From positions 21,173 to 85,172 of the forward strand of contig CACIWQ010000003.1 of NCBI GenBank assembly GCA_902590395.1: a stretch of DNA of 64,000 bases. Direction: 5' to 3'. This stretch comes from an uncultured Pelagibacteraceae bacterium (lineage in GTDB: Bacteria > Pseudomonadota > Alphaproteobacteria > Pelagibacterales > Pelagibacteraceae). The notes under the pieces are model-generated. The model worked only from the letters and a program-made list of their open reading frames with translations. It did not search any database and was not told where the DNA came from. Below are positions 59,480 through 64,000 of this stretch, piece by piece. Numbering within the stretch: position 1 is the first letter of the stretch; each line of letters starts with the position of its first letter. The position numbers and the translations under genes were made by a program.

Positions 59480-59648
59480 AATATCAATAATAATAGGAAC
59501 TGCTTTAGCAATTGCTTTTTTAATAGGTTTGGCAACTACTTTAACCAGATCTATGATGATTGGTTTTAAAGACGTTCTTCCCGTTTATATACTTATGGGT
59601 ATAGTAATCGCTATGATGGTTTACGAAGCATTCATTGAAAAAAAATAA
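59469..59648 (+). CDS. small 2-TM membrane protein (59 aa), coupled to the amidase
   Basis: My own translation: MINKISIIIGTALAIAFLIGLATTLTRSMMIGFKDVLPVYILMGIVIAMMVYEAFIEKK*. One residue below the track cutoff. Its ATG overlaps the last amidase codons. Confidence 0.5.
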   Translation: MINKISIIIGTALAIAFLIGLATTLTRSMMIGFKDVLPVYILMGIVIAMMVYEAFIEKK

Positions 59649-59649
59649 A

Positions 59650-60303
59650 TTAATACGAATTTATTAAATCTTTAATTATTACAATTGTATTTTTTACCGA
59701 TTCTGCCAAAAACTCTAATTGTTCATTTAGAAATAGAATAACGTATTCATACTCTGGAAAACTTATTATTATATCATCTTCAAACGTTTTCATTACACCT
59801 ACTACAGAGAATCCTATAATAATAAATAAAAATATATAACCTAAGAATCCAAGACCTTCTTTTGTATTGTAACTATCTTTTAATTTTTCTTTTTCATTAA
59901 CACTTTGAGCAGAAGGATCTAATTCTTTTTTTACCTTCCTAGTTTTTTTTCCAATTATTTTTTCAACTTTTCTACCTGTTAGTTTATCAAGTTCCTTGCC
60001 AATTTTTTTTTTAGCAAATAATCCTGTTTTTCCTGAGGGCAGTAATTCGGCCCATTGACTTCCCAAAAACTTATAGGTTTTTCCATCTGAAGCCTTTATT
60101 TCATCAACAGAAAGAGATTCATTTGTTTTTTTAATAGGTTTATTTACTTTAGATATTGTGGAGGTTTTACTTAAAGTAGTAATAGGTTTTTGATGCCAAG
60201 TTGATGAACAGTATCCACACTGAACATTTCGACCCTCACTAGGTATATCTGAGTCCTTTACTACAAATTTTTTAGAACAATTTTCACACTGAATAATCAT
60301 CAA
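59650..60303 (-). CDS. MJ0042-type zinc-ribbon membrane protein (ZitP-like architecture)
   Basis: MMIIQCENCSKKFVVKDSDIPSEGRNVQCGYCSSTWHQ (CxxC...CxxC), K-rich linker, one TM (GFLGYIFLFIIIGFSVVGVM). Confidence 0.8.
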   Translation of the reverse strand: MMIIQCENCSKKFVVKDSDIPSEGRNVQCGYCSSTWHQKPITTLSKTSTISKVNKPIKKTNESLSVDEIKASDGKTYKFLGSQWAELLPSGKTGLFAKKKIGKELDKLTGRKVEKIIGKKTRKVKKELDPSAQSVNEKEKLKDSYNTKEGLGFLGYIFLFIIIGFSVVGVMKTFEDDIIISFPEYEYVILFLNEQLEFLAESVKNTIVIIKDLINSY

Positions 60304-60328
60304 ATTTTCTCATTTAAGATTAGATATT

Positions 60329-60514
60329 CTATTCAATCATTTCACTAAGAACAAGGACATCACTTCTATTTGATTTTGCTCGGTTGTTAAGATTTAAAAC
60401 ATCATCGTGATACTCAAAATCACTTTTTTTAACTATTTTGTTCTTCCTTTTTTGTATCTTAGAAATGTCATCAACGGCATTCAATATGTCATTTATTTTA
60501 ATTTCTTTTGTCAT
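60329..60514 (-). CDS. small acidic/basic hypothetical protein (61 aa), possibly PopZ-N-terminus-like
   Basis: ORF-track ORF 25 nt upstream of the zinc-ribbon gene on the same strand. The INDILNAVDDI and DVLVLSEMIE patterns are discussed in findings. Confidence 0.5.
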   Translation of the reverse strand: MTKEIKINDILNAVDDISKIQKRKNKIVKKSDFEYHDDVLNLNNRAKSNRSDVLVLSEMIE

Positions 60515-60578
60515 GATTTTTACAACGCTTATGATAAGTTAAATAAGGGAATTTTAAAATGAATTTTTTAATAAATTT

Positions 60579-61391
60579 ATGAATTTTTACACCACAAGCA
60601 TTGCAGCATTAGTATCTTTCTATATTTTGTTGCTGATTGTAGTCTTTTTTTTCCAAAGAAATCTTTTATATCATCCTTCTGTAAATAATTACCTTAAAAA
60701 TCAGAACTCAAACGAACCTACAGAAATTGAAAAAGTTATTATTACAACAAATGACAAAATTGAACTTACGGGCTGGTTTTACAAAAAAAATTTAGATAAA
60801 TTTAAAACGATTTTATTTTTTCATGGTAATGCTGGATCTCTTGAAAACAGAACCTATAAACTTAATCATTTTAAAGATTTAAATGTAAATTTTTTAATAA
60901 TAGCCTGGAGAGGATTTAGTGGAAACAAAGGAAAACCAAACGAAAAAGGTTTGTATGAAGATGGAAGAAGCGCAATAAGATGGCTTAAAACAAAAGGTAT
61001 TAATGAAAAAAATATTATACTTTATGGAGAGTCGCTTGGAACAGGTGTAGCAGTTGAAATTGCGCAGAAAGAAAATTATGCAGGCGTTATATTAGAATCT
61101 CCTTTTACTTCAATGATAGATATGGGCAGGAAATATTATCCTTTTTTTCCAGTTCGTTTTTTACTCAAAGATAAATTTGAAAGTTACAAAAAGATAATTA
61201 ACATTTCAGTCCCAATTTTAATTATACACGGTAAAGTTGATAAAATAGTCCCCTATCGTATGGGAAAAAAAATGTATGAAATAGCGAATGAACCTAAGTA
61301 TTTTTATTCTCAAGAATATGGCGACCATATGGTGGATTATGATGAAAAACTTTTACTAACTTTAAAAAAATTTATTCAAAGCTTAAATTAA
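60579..61391 (+). CDS. alpha/beta hydrolase (BEM46/ABHD13-like), membrane-anchored
   Basis: N-terminal TM, HGNAGS oxyanion region, GESLGTG nucleophile elbow, HGKVDKIVP, GDH. Confidence 0.85.
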   Translation: MNFYTTSIAALVSFYILLLIVVFFFQRNLLYHPSVNNYLKNQNSNEPTEIEKVIITTNDKIELTGWFYKKNLDKFKTILFFHGNAGSLENRTYKLNHFKDLNVNFLIIAWRGFSGNKGKPNEKGLYEDGRSAIRWLKTKGINEKNIILYGESLGTGVAVEIAQKENYAGVILESPFTSMIDMGRKYYPFFPVRFLLKDKFESYKKIINISVPILIIHGKVDKIVPYRMGKKMYEIANEPKYFYSQEYGDHMVDYDEKLLLTLKKFIQSLN

Positions 61392-61440
61392 GTCACAATT
61401 TAAACAATCAAATCACACAGTTAAAAAATAACGTTAATAT

Positions 61441-62016
61441 ATGAAGAAATTATTTGTATATTTTATATTACTTTTTCTATTTTTTAATGTTGAAGGAAAT
61501 TCTGAAGAAATTTCTCCGGTAAAGTATGATATCGAAGAAATTTTTAATGTTGGAAAAATGGTTTCTCATGATAATAAATTTACTTTATATTTTAGAACAA
61601 GAGAAAAGGCAGTTTTAGCAAAAGGTGAAGAATTTAATTATATAACCGATTATCCTCAGGACTTATATATTCTTAACAATGATACAGGAAGAACCAGTCC
61701 AGTAATAACATATGATTGGTTTCCTAAAAAAGTAAAAGAACTAGGTTCAAATTATAATCTACCGATATTTCCAGAAGATTATGCTTACTATTTACTCAGT
61801 GATAACGAAACATTAATTATGATAAGTGGAATAAAATCGATCAGATCTAATTTTAAATTTAATCTCAAAAAGAACGAGCTTGAAACACTTCCTGTAAATA
61901 ATGATTACAAATTATATATATCTTCTTTACTAAAAGATTGTGGGTATAGAGATATAAACTCTACTTATAAATGTAATTTTTACAAACCTCTTATTTCAGA
62001 AAATTTAATTAATTAA
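61441..62016 (+). CDS. secreted hypothetical protein (191 aa)
   Basis: Signal peptide MKKLFVYFILLFLFFNVEG. I recognise no domain. Confidence 0.6.
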   Translation: MKKLFVYFILLFLFFNVEGNSEEISPVKYDIEEIFNVGKMVSHDNKFTLYFRTREKAVLAKGEEFNYITDYPQDLYILNNDTGRTSPVITYDWFPKKVKELGSNYNLPIFPEDYAYYLLSDNETLIMISGIKSIRSNFKFNLKKNELETLPVNNDYKLYISSLLKDCGYRDINSTYKCNFYKPLISENLIN

Positions 62017-63241
62017 TTTTTTTAATACTTAATAAAATAATTAATCCAGCTAACAATAATATAATTGCAGCAGAAAATCCTATTCTTTGGCTATTAGTTA
62101 AAAAAGTAACAGTACTTACTAACAAGGGTCCCAGAAAAGAAGTTAGTTTACCCGACATCGCAAATAAACCAAATCCTTTACCCTGATTATTTTTATTTAA
62201 CATAGAAGTTATTACAACTCTGCTAGCAGACTGAATTGGTCCTATAAAAAAACCATTAATTGCTGCAAGAAAAAAAAATGTAGAAACTAATGAAGTAAAT
62301 AAAATTGCAATTGAAGAAAATATTAATCCAATTAATGAAAAAATAATAACAAACTTAGATCCATATTTATCATTAGCTATACCTCCAATAAATGCACCTG
62401 CAAATGCTGTGATATTCATAAGTATAGATAGTTTTAAAAGTTCTTTTATTTCAAGGTTAAATACCCCTACCGCAAATATTCCTCCCATTACAATTATCGC
62501 GTTCAAACCGTCCGCATAAAGCATTCTTGCAATCAAAAATTTAGCTAATACACTTAACTTTTTATTCCAAACCAAATTTTTAAGCTCCGTAAAGTAAGAA
62601 GAGGCATTTTTTTTTACTTTTTTTCTTTTTTCTTTTATTTCAAGAAATAAAAAAGGATAAGCAAATATTAGAAACCAAAAACTTACAAGTAGAGCAATAG
62701 CCCTTATATTTTGAGAATTTTCTTTTGATAGTCCGAAAGGTAAATCGTCAGTATCAATAAATAGTTTAATACTTATTAATAATATTATAATGCCACCAAA
62801 GTAGCCCAAAGCAAAGCCAAAACCTGAAGATTTACCTAAATTTCTATTGCTTGAAATATCCTTTAATAATGAATTATAAAAAATCAGACTCAATTCATAA
62901 AAAAGATTTGCTATTCCAACTACTAACAAAGTGTACAAAAGATATGATTGTGAAGGTTTTGCAAACCACAAAAGTGTCGTAAAAAAAATACATAATAAAG
63001 AAAAACATCTTATAAAAAATACGATCCTATTATTTTTATCTGCGAAAGATCCTACAATAGGGCCAATGATTGCAACTAGAAAACCCGTTAGACCTATAGT
63101 CCACCCCCAATAAGATTGACCCATAACGGGGTTAGGAGCAATTTGTTTTGCAAAATATGTTGCAAAAATAAAAGTTATAACGATTGTTGTAAAAGCCGAA
63201 TTAGCAAAATCAAAAAGGGCAAAATTAAATATTTTTTTCAT
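62009..63241 (-). CDS. MFS transporter (UMF1/Atg22-like)
   Basis: FALFDFANSAFTTIVITFIFATYF N-terminus is typical of the UMF1 family; about 12 TM. Confidence 0.82.
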   Translation of the reverse strand: MKKIFNFALFDFANSAFTTIVITFIFATYFAKQIAPNPVMGQSYWGWTIGLTGFLVAIIGPIVGSFADKNNRIVFFIRCFSLLCIFFTTLLWFAKPSQSYLLYTLLVVGIANLFYELSLIFYNSLLKDISSNRNLGKSSGFGFALGYFGGIIILLISIKLFIDTDDLPFGLSKENSQNIRAIALLVSFWFLIFAYPFLFLEIKEKRKKVKKNASSYFTELKNLVWNKKLSVLAKFLIARMLYADGLNAIIVMGGIFAVGVFNLEIKELLKLSILMNITAFAGAFIGGIANDKYGSKFVIIFSLIGLIFSSIAILFTSLVSTFFFLAAINGFFIGPIQSASRVVITSMLNKNNQGKGFGLFAMSGKLTSFLGPLLVSTVTFLTNSQRIGFSAAIILLLAGLIILLSIKKIN

Positions 63242-64000
63242 TTAAACATTCATCAACGCAGCAGAAAAATATTTTGAATTAAATTTTTGAAGATCATCTT
63301 CTTTTTCACCCATACCTAAAGCTATAATTGGTAATTTAAATTTTCTACCTATTGCAAGTAAAATTCCGCCTTTCGCTGTTCCATCTAGTTTAGTCATAAT
63401 GATACCTGTAATTGGTGTTATTTTTTTAAATTCTTCCACCTGGTTAATTACACTTTGACCAGTAGTAGCATCTAGTATAAGAAAAGTTTCATGAGGAGAA
63501 TTCGAATCTATTTTTTTTAGAACTTTAGTTATTTTTTTAAATTCCTCCATTAAATTTTTTTTATTTTGAAGTCTTCCAGCAGTGTCGATGAGGAGATAAT
63601 CAAAATTATTTTTTTTTGCATATTCTAAGGCTTTATAAGCAACTGAAGCAGGATCAGATCCCTCGTCAGATTTAATAATATCAGCGTTAATTTTCTTAGC
63701 CCAAACTTCTAATTGACTTACAGCTGCAGCTCTAAAAGTGTCAGCGGCACCTAAAACTATCTTTTTATTATTTTGTCCTAAAATTTTTCCTAATTTCCCA
63801 ATTGTAGTAGTCTTCCCTACACCATTAACTCCAGCGACTAAGATTACACTTGGTTTATTTGTACTTATATCTTCTAAATTTTTTTCTAACGGTTTTAATA
63901 TTTCAGAAATATAATCAGAAAAAATTTTAAAAATTTCTTCCTTTCCAGAATATTTGGAATTAATTTTTGTGCTGGCAAATTTTTCTCTTAATTCTCTTGC
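63242..64000 (-). CDS. ftsY: signal recognition particle receptor FtsY (C-terminal part; N-terminus off-window)
   Basis: The track shows only the last 102 aa. My in-frame reverse-strand translation upstream gives VILVAGVNGVGKTTTIGKLG and DYLLIDTAGRLQNKKNLMEEF, which are the SRP GTPase G1/G3 motifs. Confidence 0.92.
   Translation of the reverse strand, partial: ARELREKFASTKINSKYSGKEEIFKIFSDYISEILKPLEKNLEDISTNKPSVILVAGVNGVGKTTTIGKLGKILGQNNKKIVLGAADTFRAAAVSQLEVWAKKINADIIKSDEGSDPASVAYKALEYAKKNNFDYLLIDTAGRLQNKKNLMEEFKKITKVLKKIDSNSPHETFLILDATTGQSVINQVEEFKKITPITGIIMTKLDGTAKGGILLAIGRKFKLPIIALGMGEKEDDLQKFNSKYFSAALMNV

Noticed and set aside
1-64000. Search for CRISPR arrays, IS elements, integrases, prophage or classic defence genes (RM, TA, Cas)
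   Set aside because: No non-coding gap exceeds about 280 nt and no repeat-spacer periodicity is seen. No transposase, integrase, recombinase, nuclease-helicase or methyltransferase motifs were recognised in any ORF-track translation.

Overview
AT-rich (about 70% A+T, estimated by eye) and very gene-dense chromosomal segment. Gene content and order match the replication-origin-proximal region of an alphaproteobacterium: mnmE / rho-hemJ-hemH-hemE | gap | PDRP(RP001-like)-maf-aroE-coaE-dnaQ, then secB, fxsA, Tim44-like, hslVU, hisBHAFE, ftsK-lolA. Spacers of 0-10 nt, many ATGA/TAATG start-stop overlaps, K/I/N-rich proteins, glcDEF and strongly signalled TRAP and SSS transporters point to a streamlined marine Pelagibacterales (SAR11)-like genome. 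That assignment is inference; no database search was possible. I support about 80 CDS, one tRNA-Gly(GCC), two clear GC-rich intrinsic terminators and a candidate oriC. I saw no rRNA, CRISPR array, transposase, integrase or phage genes. Observations worth a second look: (1) a DUF1989 protein and a 59-61 aa ORF translationally coupled inside the conserved hemE-hemH-hemJ operon; (2) a ZitP-like zinc-finger membrane protein preceded by a 61-aa ORF that looks like the N-terminal part of PopZ; (3) two PAPS-type sulfotransferases, a GT-A-like ORFan and a zinc-ribbon/coiled-coil ORFan in accessory slots (mnmE-rho insert, tRNA-Gly flank), in a lineage reported to lack assimilatory sulfate reduction; (4) four small membrane proteins of unknown function between an ActP-like symporter and acs, two of them coupled to acs; (5) an acs with a poly-lysine N-terminal extension; (6) a 2-hydroxyacid/glycolate module followed by a TRAP transporter, amidase and micro-membrane protein; (7) a structured, GC-elevated intergenic element at 46.76-46.85 kb. 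All functions come from motif recognition in the supplied translations and from synteny. GC statements are visual estimates.
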